A stretch of DNA of 64,000 nucleotides from Octopus vulgaris (taxonomy: Eukaryota). Location of the stretch: positions 221,712,001 through 221,776,000 of the forward strand of contig OX597814.1 in NCBI GenBank assembly GCA_951406725.2, read 5' to 3'. The notes below the pieces were generated by a model, which was given only the letters and a program-made list of their open reading frames with translations, did no database searches and had not been told where the DNA came from. Every line of letters begins with the position of its first letter. Positions within the stretch are counted from its first letter, which is position 1. Made by a program: the position numbers and the translations under genes. This document shows positions 43,019-55,902 of this stretch, one piece after another.

Positions 43019-44007
43019 TACATCGTCCACCCTCGCATTTTGCAACAATTCCGCTACCACCACTGATATAGAAAACCTACTTACGTTGTCAACATTTTCA
43101 ATTTAACTTTCTGCTTAAAGACCATTCATATATCATTATCATCATTGCTACCATCTATAAATACTCAACTCTGATTCTATTGATACTGCGTACATCTCCG
43201 CCTTCCCCACTGTCAGACCTGCTATTTGTGTAGCCTATCATCCTTCCCCAATATAACTATCCTTCAATCTAGTTCTCTGTTTAATCATTTGAATCAAACA
43301 AACCACTTCCTTTAGTCCTTGAGGAAGCCCTTGGGCGGGAAAATATATTTCGTGTGACTCAAGGTAATAGATGATATTATATGTGCTATATTATATATGT
43401 GTGCTCATAAATAAGTGTGTGAATATTTGCGTGTGCATATGTGCGTGTGATCATGTACATAGAAATGAAATTATTTCAATTTTATTGAACCGAGTAATGA
43501 TAGTGATAATATAATAGAAAGTATTAAAATTGCTACAAGATAACATATTTTCAAAGCGTAATGTAGTAGATTAGATCAACGTTAGTACTTGATTAGTACT
43601 AACGTTTTATTATCGATTTCTGTTGGATGAAAGGAAAAGTCGACGCCGGTAAAATTTGAACACAGAACATAATAGGCCATTACTAACTATCTTAAAGTAT
43701 CATCGGCGACTCTTTGCCGATTCTGTTTGCATTATTGATATGTGGTATCATAACTATTAATTTTTTAAACGAACTGATATAGCTTTCTTAATGTATAATT
43801 GAACTGTTTGACAGGCACTGCTTTAGTTCATTAATTGCAGAGGGTTGAAAGGTAAAATTTGAACTCATATTGTACATCACCCTGCCTCTAATACAATTAT
43901 CGCCACCAACATAAGTCCCCAAATCATTTACAAAGCATACAGATCCTAATGTCTCTTACTCAAATGTTATTAGCATGAAGCCTACATTCTGAGCAGCAAC
44001 ACTAATG

Positions 44008-44378
44008 GAGGCGCAATGTCCCAGTGGTTAGAGCAGCGGGCTCGCGGTCGGAGGATCGCGGTTTCAATTTCCAGACCGGGCGTTGTGTGTGTTTATTGAG
44101 CGAAAACACCTAAGGCTCCACGAGGCTCCGGCAGGGGGTGGTGGCAACCCCTGTTGTACTCTTTCGCCCCAACCTTCTCTCACTCTTTCTTTCTGTTTCT
44201 TGTCCACGATTCCTACGCAACCGCTGAGCCTGGATACGCATTCATCCATCCGTCGATGCTCTCGGTGTCGGGAATTGACCTGCTTTCTTTTCTGCGGGTC
44301 TTACGAATAGCAAAGGACAACGTTTCGGACTTCTCCCATCTTGCGAGTTCTGGGACGAAGACCGTTCGCTCAGCAGCA
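44008..44378 (+). mobile_element. tRNA-derived SINE, near full length
   Basis: ggaggcgcaatgtcccagtggttagagcagcgggctcgcggtc...ggtttcaatttcc gives A/B boxes and a TCG anticodon-like loop suggesting a tRNA-Arg origin. Confidence 0.75.
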
Positions 44379-44740
44379 ACACTAACAATGAACTACAGAC
44401 ACAATGGATATAGCCACCAAAGGCTCTTTAAATTACACCCTTACTTCTTGAAAATAAAAACACATATTGAATAATTGTTATCTTGTATCTTTTATCTTTT
44501 ACTTGTTTCAGTCATTTGACTGCGGCCATCCCTTTATATCTAATGTAGGATAAAATTTTAATAGTGTTCACTTCCGGACTCTCCCACTCTGTGAGTGCCT
44601 CAGTTCAAATCGCACGTGTATTGAATGGGCTGGAGTATTTCTATTTTGGATTTATTTGGGGTACTTAGTTGTGCTCATGACTTAGTGTTTGCTTCTTCCA
44701 TGGGTATGAGCAAGTATCTCATTTACTTCTTTGCCACATG

Positions 44741-44799
44741 TATCACTGAGGAAGGGAGGGTTCTTTTTGAGCTAACCCTGAAATCGGTCCGATATGGTA
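44741..44799 (+). ncRNA. Type I hammerhead ribozyme
   Basis: Stem I tatca/tggta, CTGAGGA, stem II agggtt/aaccct (with an extra aggg), GAAA, near-palindromic stem III tcgg-t-ccga, and ATA cleavage triplet ending at 44794. Confidence 0.65.
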
Positions 44800-45107
44800 A
44801 TAATGGGACTTTTTAGAGATTTCTGTCGACCTTTTTTCGAGTAGCGTGCGTACTGGGAAAAATAATTATATGGTAAATAGACAATATGTCCAATTTTCGG
44901 CATATTTGGCATTAGAAATTTTTTCGTTTGCCCTTATTTATAAGTTGTTCCTGTTTCTATTCCTTCTTGTACTGTATTTTTTGTAACTGTATTTTTATTT
45001 TGTATTTGTTTTTAATTGTATTGTTTTTACGTCCTGTTTTTGTCACATTTTTTCCTTGTTTTTACCCCTCTGCAAAGGAATTTTATTTAATTCTTTCGCA
45101 GGAAGGA

Positions 45108-45203
45108 CTAGTTCGGCGAGACGTGTTCTGTCCTCACCTTCGAAACACGCTGGAGTTGAACTAGGGACAGCTGATGAAGGGTATTTTTCCTTGTGTAGTT
45201 GTC
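45108..45203 (+). ncRNA. Candidate split or pseudoknotted hammerhead with non-canonical strand order
   Basis: cgtgTT-ctgtcc ... accttc-GAAAcacg ... ggacag-CTGATGA-agggt; all three helices are complementary. Confidence 0.5.
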
Positions 45204-45499
45204 TTGTACTCTGTTTTTTCGTTGTTAAAAAAATGGTCCGTTCCATGCTGTTTTTACTTTTTCGTTTCTCGTTGAGTTCTACGTCTATTTGTGGTGTTCT
45301 GTACACACGTATATATATTTATATATGCATGTATATATACATGTAGATGTAGGTACGTACATATGTGTTTGTATGTATGCATATATTTTATTTATTACAC
45401 TATTGTATGACTGAGCGCCTTCGCGTCGATTCGATTCGATTCGTTTCGTTTCGTTTTTTCTTCTTCTCTAAGCTGGTTTATATATATATATATATATAC

Positions 45500-45552
<53 letters not shown>

Positions 45553-45611
45553 AAATGTATTTATAAATATATATATATATATTGGAAGGTTTGGAGATGA
45601 TGTACAGGTAT

Positions 45612-46017
<406 letters not shown>

Positions 46018-46109
46018 TAGCTGTACCGTCCTTAGACGATGTATAAGGGCTCGACAATCTCTTACCGAACGATAACACAGCTGATTTGTTTATAGTAATC
46101 AAGTGTTCT

Positions 46110-46292
46110 CTCACTCCATCACATCCTGAGCACCCGTGCAACGGGTGCCACGTGTCAGATGTGGAAATGATCTTAGAGCAACGTGAAATGAAGTGCTTTT
46201 CTCAAATACACAACACAACGCCCGGTCTGGGAAGCGAACTCACGATCTCGCAATCGTGGCTGCAACACCTTAACCACTAAGCCATGTGACTT
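46110..46292 (-). mobile_element. tRNA-derived SINE fragment
   Basis: Reverse complement acatggcttagtggttaaggtg...gatcgtgagttcgcttcccagaccgggcgttgtgttgtg. Confidence 0.7.
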
Positions 46293-46296
46293 CACG

Positions 46297-46327
<31 letters not shown>

Positions 46328-46338
46328 AATCACGTATA

Positions 46339-46369
<31 letters not shown>

Positions 46370-46374
46370 GTATG

Positions 46375-46406
<32 letters not shown>

Positions 46407-46524
46407 TATATCACATGATCACGTAACCGACCAGACCATCAGATGTTGTTACACATCGCTGGTCACAATGCGTTCGCATTGTTTTAGCCTTCGAATGACG
46501 CCACCCCGCTGGCTAAGCGAGCAG

Positions 46525-46599
<75 letters not shown>

Positions 46600-46603
<4 letters not shown>

Positions 46604-46735
46604 CAAATCTACTCACAAGGCTTTATTCGGTACGAGGCTATAGTAGACGACTCTCGCCCGAGGTGTCACTCTGTGGGACTGAACCTGAACTCATTGTGAT
46701 TGGGAAGCAAGCTTCTTACCGCATTACCACGCCTG
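46600..46735 (-). mobile_element. SINE head fragment, 20948 family
   Basis: ccaaatctactcacaaggcttt...gtgggactgaacc...gggaagcaagcttcttacc. Confidence 0.7.
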
Positions 46736-48750
46736 TGCTTATTTAATAGTAAACTGTCAATGTTCTACGCAGAGAAAAAACCGTAATTGTCAATGATTAG
46801 GAAATTAAGTTTGGCATAAAATTAAAAAAGAACAACAACAATAATGATAACAACCGAAAGCAATATCAGAAGCAGCAACAAAACCACGGAAGCTGGAATT
46901 TGGTTCGCTCCAGCACACTAGAATTTAGCCTCTGGGTTTTTCGAATTTCTCCGTGTGATATAAAAACGCTTGGACTGCTTCTGTATTTCGCACCTTTGTG
47001 ACTTAAGTATTCTACCTGCCAAAGCGTATTAATCAGAAACACGTGCATACATGCAGCAGGAAAATACACATACACATACACACAGGCATGTGCAAATATA
47101 CACATTCATACGCACACAAGCGTGCATTAACACAGTCGAAACCAACAGACATAATTTGTTGACTAAAGTGGTAACGTGACGTTAAACGGAAATCCTTTAT
47201 TTTATGCCAGCCGTTATTCATTATTTCAAAGAAAGAACGAGGAAGAAAGAAAGAAAGAAAAAAGAGAAGTAAAGAAAGAAGGTAAGAAAGAAGTGAAGAA
47301 AGAGAGCGAGGCTTGCGCAAAGAGGGGAAAGAGGACAACTGCGTCATAGAAGAGAGAATATAAACATTATTTGAGAGAAATGGAACGAATCTACTGAAAC
47401 GAAGTGAAAGAGAGAAAGAGACCGAGCGGAGAACTGAGAGAGAATGGTTTTTGTGGTTTATTTGTTGGTGTTTGTGCGAGTGTGCAAGCGTGCTAACCTA
47501 CGCATGCGACGAACATTGGCGAATAAGTGTAAAGTTCCCGGTAAACCGAGTCCAGAAGCCCATTTCAATTTTGTTTCTCGGTCGAAGCCAATTCACTTCA
47601 ATTATGACACTAATGTCCATGACAAAAGTACGGACGTCATACTGAATCATGAGATCTATCCAATTTAGAAACAATCTTTAACTTGTTTGCCGTAAGGATC
47701 CTGAACAAACGGCGATTGAAAAGCGGAATAATCAAATTTCCCAACACGCAGGCATATTTGTTCAATCACCTTCTTTTCTCTCATCTAAATTGTGTTGTCC
47801 TTCTGTATAAGCTGATTTCTTTTTTCTCTCCACCTCACTGTATTCCTGTGAACAGCCGTTCTAGTTACGATAAAGACGTTATCTGGCTCTCGGTCTGCTA
47901 TTCAGCATGCATTTCAGGAATAGCTGAGGCTGCCATCACTACTATAGAAGAATCGAGCCAACGAAAGAGTCTCTCAATGAGTGTTTGACCTGCAGATATA
48001 ACTGTTAGATCTCCTAATAACACGCTGCCATCTTAATAGGCGTAAGAAACATTAAATAATGCAGTCAAGCACACCATACTTCAAGAGAAGACGGAAATTT
48101 CAACGCTAGAATGGCCTTTATTATTGGCCAGATAGATCAGGCTTAACTATGGCAAAACAACAACTCTTGGGGGATTTGCTCGAGAGTTTAATCAAGTAAT
48201 ATTTACACTCCAAACAAATAGTTATTACTAAAACAATATGTTTGTTCACTTCTAGGGAGAAATATTTGCCGGAGTGATTTTGCTTACTAAACAGCCACAT
48301 TTGTCATCTTCTTTTGTCATCTTTTACTTGTTTCAATCATTGGACTACAACCATACTGGTGTACCGCTTTGAAGATCTCGGTGATTCTTTTACTTTTTAA
48401 GCGTGATACTTATTCTACCCTCTCTTTAACCGAACTACTAACTTACGTGCATTTAAACAAACAAATAGCAGTTGTGAAGCGGTGACTGAGTAAACACAGA
48501 TACAAAGATATACACACTCATAGACACATACACACACGCACACACACATACACACACATATATACGTATGTATATGTGTAAAAAAAAAATATATATATAT
48601 ATCCGTGTATAGCGAGGGTATTAGAGGTATTGGTATCCAGAAGACCCAAAGAGTGGCAAGTAAGTGCTATGGAAAGACCGTAGTAAAACACTTGGTTCAA
48701 TAATGAGGAGTTTAATGTGGGTTTTATATTAACATGCATATATATATATA

Positions 48751-49479
48751 TTAGACAAAATGAGATAACAAACCCAAGGCTGTGAGGAGTTTTCAGGACA
48801 TTTATAAGGAAAAAGATATAGATATAATCTTACAACTGTTTCTGGGATATGGATATCCCTTCATTCATCCCACCCATACCTTTTCTCCAACCATCCTTTA
48901 ACGCAGCCCTATCATATCACCCCTTCTCACATATCTCACACTTATTCACTCATTACTTTCTCATCACTTCCTATCCCTCCGCTCTCCAATCCTTCCCTCA
49001 CATTATCTTGACCACCAGCTAACACTCCTTTTCTCACTTCTTTCACCTTTTCTTCACGTTTTTCACTCATTTCACTTTTTCTTTTTCTCCCTCTTTCTTC
49101 CTCTCATTTTTTCTTCTTGGTTTCATTTTGACCTACCCCCTCATTTTCATCATACTCATTTCCCACCACCATCTATCCACAAATACTTCTAATACATTCC
49201 CAAAAATTCATTCACAAACCCAAACGCTTTATGTACTTTATATTTTATTTCTAGTTTCATTCTCTTATGTCCCTCTATATTCTCTACCTCTTCCTTTTCC
49301 ATAATAATTCCTTATTTCGAAATCAGATATTTACCTCTATTTAACCATCTCACATCGTCTCTGATGAAGGGATATCCGTAATATCCCAGAAATACCTTTA
49401 ATACTATATCTATATCTTTTTCCTTATAAATATCCTTAAAACACCTCACAGCCTTGGCTTTGTTATCTCCTTTTGTCTA

Positions 49480-49480
<1 letters not shown>
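48751..49480 (+). mobile_element. (TA)n-flanked element with ~115-bp inverted termini carrying a hammerhead (Penelope-type)
   Basis: 48751-48864 is an inverted copy of 49364-49480. The consensus of the two arms is tct-CTGATGA-agggatat..atatccca-GAAAC-agttgTA-aga. Confidence 0.75.
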
Positions 49481-49544
<64 letters not shown>

Positions 49545-49622
49545 AACATTATTGTTCCTAAATCTCTCAACCAGATATAATCAGTAGCAGTAATTTAAAG
49601 TAACGATTATTTGCCAACCTAA

Positions 49623-49665
49623 TGTGCTGACGAAGGGAAATAACCCTTAGATCGTACGGTCCACA
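49623..49665 (+). ncRNA. Decayed type I hammerhead
   Basis: Stem I tgtg/caca, CTGACGA, stem II aggg/ccct, palindromic cgtacg and GTC triplet are present; GAAA has mutated to TAGA. Confidence 0.5.
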
Positions 49666-49863
49666 GATACTGCATTTTGCTGTGAGGGGGGTGCTAAGAT
49701 CCTCTCTTCGAAAATATAAGGACACAGAACGTGTGTCCTATAGCCAGGTGGACACGATGTCTCCTGAGACTAAACAACAGTAGCATCCGCCCCAAATGGA
49801 ACAGCGACATTAGGTTGGCAATGAATCGTTACCTTATTTATCTCTCTCTCTCTCTCGCTCTCA

Positions 49864-49941
<78 letters not shown>

Positions 49942-49949
49942 AAAACAAA

Positions 49950-50933
49950 GTGGAGTTGTAGAGTACAGTACGAGTGGAATTATATACGAAAGAAGGTTTG
50001 AAAATGCAATTTTAAAAGATGTTTATTTACTTTACCGGTTTCACTCTTTGGAAAAAGATTGTCAAAAATAACATGTAGAAGTTTGGTTGCGTTAATTATT
50101 GATTGTTGCAAATTGCTACATCACATATATACAGTCTTTGGTAATAAGGACATGTTAAGGACATAAAAAAGTTTAACAAGTTCCTTAAAATACTGGGCAC
50201 AAAAGATTACATAAATAATCATTCTCAAGAACACGTTTAAGATAGATTCCAGAAGGAATTATTAAAAAGTTCTGTGGGATATTGGTATTGGTATTGTATC
50301 TGTATATTCAAACACGCACAGAGTTGACACCGAGTACTACAATACATATATATATACATTCTTTGGTGACAAGAGCATGTTGAGAATATAAAAAAATTTA
50401 ACAAGTTCATTGAAATATTGGGCACAAAAGATTACAACAAATATATTATACATTCTCAAGATAATTTCAAGAAGGAATTATTAAAAACTTCAGTGGAATA
50501 TTGGTATACACGCACAGAATATTATGAGTTCAAAAAGGTTTACATTATAATAGTAAGGAAGCTAGAACTGACCTGTCCACCATGTTAACGTAAAACAATG
50601 CGTGTTTGAATATACAGATACAATACCAATACCAATATCCCTCTGAACTTTTTAATAATTCCTTCTGGAAACTATCTTAAACGTGTTCTTGAGAATGATT
50701 ATTTATGTAGTAATCTTTTGTGCCCAATATTTTAAGGAACTTGTTAAACTTTTTTATGTCCTTAACATGTCCTTGTTACCAAAGACTGTATATATGTAAT
50801 GTAGCAATTTGCAAGAACCAATAATTAACGCAACCAAACTTCTACATGTTACTTTTGACAATCTTTTTCCAAAGAGTGAAACCGGTAAAGTAAATAAACA
50901 TATTTTAGAATTGCAATTTCAAACCTTTTTTTC

Positions 50934-50935
<2 letters not shown>
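49950..50935. mobile_element. Large fold-back Penelope-type element between (TA)n tracts
   Basis: Arms ~49983-50316 and ~50599-50938; each arm carries a U3-A8 hammerhead. Confidence 0.8.
50849..50893 (+). ncRNA. Type I hammerhead with U3-A8 covariant core
   Basis: Stem I ttactt/aagtaa, TTGACAA core, stem II cttt../..agag, GAAA, palindromic ACCGGT and GTA triplet ending at 50887. A mirror copy lies at 50027-50071 on the minus strand. Confidence 0.7.
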
Positions 50936-50994
<59 letters not shown>

Positions 50995-51003
<9 letters not shown>

Positions 51004-51300
51004 ATGAGAATGTGTGTGTCTGTCTTTGTGTCCCTCTGTGTGTCTGTCTGTGTGTATCCCTAAAACTCGAGAACTACACAACCGATTTTATTAAAATTTT
51101 ACCAATGACTTACTTACGCTCCATGTAGTGTCAAATTCTTGCTTAATGGGAGCCCAGAGCAATCTCTTATATCTTCCACTATTTCAGTATTACGTGTCAA
51201 AAGTGAAACAATAACATCTCTCTATTGTAATGTCAGATACTTTCACTTTAATAGTTCCTCTATTAATAGTGAAACTTTTAAAGTTTTATCTCACATATAT
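50995..51300 (+). mobile_element. Helitron-like 5' end fragment
   Basis: tatataaagatgagaatgtgtgtgtctgtc...gagaactacacaaccgatttt resembles the start of the 52564 element. Confidence 0.4.
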
Positions 51301-51397
51301 AGAGGTATACATGCATACATACATGCATACATATATATGTATATGTATATATAGCTGTATCTTTATATATGTATATATACATATATAAATATATGTA

Positions 51398-51443
<46 letters not shown>

Positions 51444-51500
51444 TTATGATTTTCACTGTTTGATTTGCCTAATAGTGGTTTTATCTCTAATTTAATATAA

Positions 51501-51541
<41 letters not shown>

Positions 51542-51829
51542 TTAGAGATAAAACCACTATTAGGCAAATCAAAGACTGAAAAACATAAACCAAAACATAG
51601 AAATAAATTAATTAATATAATATATAAAGTATATAAAATATAAAATTCAAATTATTTAAATTTAAAGTTAAAATTTAAAAATTTTTTGAAATTATTAATT
51701 TATACTTATAAATTTATATATATATATATATAAATATATATATATATTTTTATCATTTTTATTTTATTATGTTTTTTATTTATTTTTTTTTTTATATATA
51801 TTTATTTATTAACTAAGCATATATATATA

Positions 51830-51866
<37 letters not shown>

Positions 51867-52069
51867 TTAATTTTATTATATTCTTTATTTTTTTTTTTTT
51901 ATATTTTATTTATTTATTTTTCTTTTATTATTATTATTATTTTTCAAGACACTTTGTCCTGGATTCAATCACACTGCGTGGTAACTTGGCATTTGTCTTC
52001 TGCTATAGCCTCAGACCGACCAAAGCCTTGTGAGTAGATTTCGTAGGCAGAAATTGAAAGAAATCAATC

Positions 52070-52155
<86 letters not shown>

Positions 52156-52404
52156 CTATATCCTATATAATGTAAGTGTATGTGTGTGTCTCTGTCCCTC
52201 TGTTTCTCACTACTTGACAACTTCTGTTGGTATATTTACATCCCCATAACTTACTGGTTTTACAAAAAGGGACTCATAGAATAAGTACCAGTCTTATCAA
52301 AATAAAAAAAACGCACTGATGTTGATTCATTGACAAAACATTCTTCAAAGCAGTCTCATATTTTTGTTTGCCCACTCAGTTGTATCTATGAATCTATCTT
52401 ACTG

Positions 52405-52472
<68 letters not shown>

Positions 52473-52474
52473 TG

Positions 52475-52525
<51 letters not shown>

Positions 52526-52563
52526 CACACACATTTACATGTATTTATATGAGCATATTCATA

Positions 52564-54269
52564 TCTATTATATAAAAGTCAAAGACTTTACGTGTGTTCG
52601 TGTATTACTTATACATTAGAAAACTACTGCCCCGATCCTAATAAAAGTTGGAACACAAAAGCCAAACCTAGGGAGACGAGTAATGCTACATGTTTCATAC
52701 AATTTCATAGACCAAAATTACTGAATGGATCCGTATGATATTTGGACCTTAGATGCAATACATAAGAGTGGGTATAATGCAGTGTGTTTGGTTTGAATTT
52801 GAGGTGGCTTAAAGGGGGCCAAGACCCCCACGAAATTTCATAAATTTTCGATGTTGAGGAAATTTCAACCATAAGTAATTGATACCCATCATGAAGTATT
52901 CTCAAAGTTTCCGCTTCTCATGAGGATTCTAAGATTCCATAATGGTGGTGGAGGTGGGGGGGTTAACTCCCAAATTTTAGTCATTTTTTAATGATCCAGA
53001 ACTAACTCCAAAGTACTGAATTGATCTTTATGAAATTTGGAAATTATATTCCACGCATAATGACAGATGTAATGCATTATATCTTTGAAAGTGAAAGGAC
53101 ATAAATGAGGCAATAACCCCCATGAAAATTCATATATTTTTGCTGTTGAGGAAATTTTAACCATAGATGTTAAGCACAAATGAATTAATATTTCTAAAAT
53201 TTCAATTTCTTTGAAGCTAGTAAGACCCCTTAAATAGGGCTTAACACCCATAATTTAGTCATTTTCCCTAAGCCAAGTCGAATACACTTGTACACTTGTA
53301 AGTCAATGGTACAACAGTGTAAGACTTTGCTCTGAGATATACTTACACTGTAATTTCTGCAACGTGGTGCATAAATTGTCAAGTAAAGGAGAGGCATCTT
53401 TGCCTCCACTGATTCAATTGCAAAGTGCTGAGTAAAGTTATTTAGTTGCAGACCTCCTTTGAGTCTTTTTATCGTCACTTGGTCAGAGATAGTCCTCAGA
53501 TGCTAACACTGATTTTAAGGCCTTCCCAAATAAGTGATTGGTTATTCAAAGACATTTATAGATTGCAAATTTATTGTGTCCAGTTACCTATCAGCATAGT
53601 GACTATTGGCAAGCTCCAGAAGTGAAACTTTCATCTCCCTTTAGGGCTCACGTCACACAGCTGTTAAGGTTTATTTGAGTTGGGTCATGTCCTTCAAATT
53701 GCTATAGATCCGTAATGCATCTTACAACTGTGCCCGTCATCTGCATGGTGAGGAATCCTAAATTGGGGAGTGGTAACAACTAAGATAGGATCGCTGACTG
53801 CTTATTGTGATCATTCATGCTCTCTGTTACAAACCCAGTGAACATACATATATTTCCGATTTCAAAGACATTTGAACAATAGATATAAGACCCAAGTTAA
53901 ACAGATTTCCAACAATTCAACTTCTCTGGTTGACTTTAAGACACTCACTCCCAATAGGAGCCTTAATTCTCACATGTTAGAGCTCCATGAGCTCCATTTT
54001 TCAGGAGTAAAAACATTTGAATAGGTTCCATAAGATTTGAATTTTGGAATCTGGGCATAAAGACGAGTAGTATGAGATAAATGTGTCATGATTAAAATTC
54101 TTGTTAGGGTGTGTAAAGAGGGAAAAAAAACTCTCAATAAAATTTTTCATTTGCAATTTTGATGAAATTCGAATCATAGATAATCTTGTTCATTAGAGAA
54201 AATATTTTAAAAAAAACGTCTAATTTTTCAATTCCATGTGACACGGGCAACGCCGGATATCTCTGCTAG
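52564..54269 (+). mobile_element. Non-autonomous Helitron-like element
   Basis: 5' a|TCtattatataaaag; 3' cgg-gcaacg-ccg hairpin then tctctgCTAG|t, consistent with an A|T target. An internal diverged duplication lies at ~52715-52935 and ~53010-53230. Confidence 0.65.
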
Positions 54270-54304
<35 letters not shown>

Positions 54305-54313
<9 letters not shown>

Positions 54314-54569
54314 AGTATATGAAAGAATGGAGTTGAACGACTAGTTAACAGATATCCTTTAGAATAAAGGATATCTGTTAACTAGTCGTTCAACTCCATT
54401 CTTTCATATACTTATAATTTTAAAATAAACATTCAAATTTCCGCACGAAGACACGTAGTCTATTGCCCTATGGAGGTAGCTTCAACCGTGTTCTTTCTGA
54501 TGTGAATTTGCTAACCAGGTATCGGTTATCTTTCGAATTATCCTTAATAAGATAATTCATTCAATTACT

Positions 54570-54572
<3 letters not shown>
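54305..54572 (+). mobile_element. (TA)n-embedded fold-back element, 13514 family
   Basis: Perfect 57-bp arms 54305-54361 and 54365-54421; the tail is homologous to 13720-13868. Confidence 0.8.
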
Positions 54573-54633
<61 letters not shown>

Positions 54634-54661
54634 CATACATATGTATATATATATATTATTT

Positions 54662-54712
<51 letters not shown>

Positions 54713-54734
54713 TACACACACACAAACACACAAT

Positions 54735-54890
54735 GGGTTTCACCAGAGTTTCTGACAACCAAATTCTCTTCGAAACCATTGGTCAGCGCGGGCCTACAGT
54801 AAAACACACTTGCCTAAGTTGCCTCGCAGTGGGAATGAACTCGAAACAACGTGGTTGCAAAACAAGATTTTTAACCACTCAGTCGTGTCC
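54735..54890 (-). mobile_element. SINE head fragment, 20948 family
   Basis: gggtttcaccagagtttc...cacttgcctaagttgcctcgcagtggga...cgtggttg. Confidence 0.6.
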
Positions 54891-55799
54891 GCAACTATAG
54901 TCATTCTTGTTAGGCTTTGAATAAAGTTAGACTCAGCCACTTAGATAAGAATAGGGTGCTATATCGAGTGTATGGGAAATACACACTCGTGTAATTTATT
55001 TCATACATATCACTTGACATTACATATTCTACTTTTGAACGTGATATTTTGCTTGTTTTCTCACTGCTTTAGAGGTCAGAAACTGAATGTACAGATGGCT
55101 TATACTACACAATCATAACAAGTGTTTAATGAAATTAGAAGATCTTAATGAGATATTAATGAAATTAGAAAGGACTAAGCAGTAAGCCAACATTGATAAA
55201 ATTCAGCAGCAGCAAATTCTCTGATAAACTTGGTTCTACTTGCACAGCTAAAATCATTTTAGACATTTGGCTTTGAGACTCGGAATAAAAAGTTCTGCCG
55301 TAAACAACAGATGTTGACTGAATATTATAATTGAAACTGAAGTGTCCAATTAAGAATACAATGCGCACAGTGCATAACCATTTGTTGACAGGTTAATAGA
55401 GAAACATAGACACATAATACATACTGCATATCCTTAAAAAAAAAAATCCTTAAAAATGTTTTAGCCCGAAGGCCGCGGCCATGCTGGGGCACCACCGCTG
55501 AATGAGCTACACTAATATGTGAATCCACTTCTGATACGTGGCACTTGATCAACAAGGGAGTTCGATGCTGCTGCCCGCATCTGCGTCTCCTGTCGTGAGG
55601 TAGGTTCATCTGGGACTCACGACAAGAAGAGATCCAGTTTAGTTTTAAAGAAACCCACATCCACACCATGTAAGTCTCTCAGGCATTTATACACACATAC
55701 AAATATATACAAACACAAACAAATCTGTATATATATATAAATTATATATGTATATATATATGTGTATATATATATATATATATATGTATATAAATATGT

Positions 55800-55899
<100 letters not shown>

Positions 55900-55902
55900 A
55901 TA

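Noticed and set aside
43310-43360. TTGAGGAagcccttgggc..gaaa HHR-like motif (similar weak cases at ~21420-21450, ~39310 and ~58070-58100)
   Set aside because: The core or GAAA is too degenerate to call; these may be old relics.
44008-44085. tRNA-Arg-like sequence
   Set aside because: There is no proper acceptor stem and it continues into a SINE body, so it is a SINE head and not a tRNA gene.
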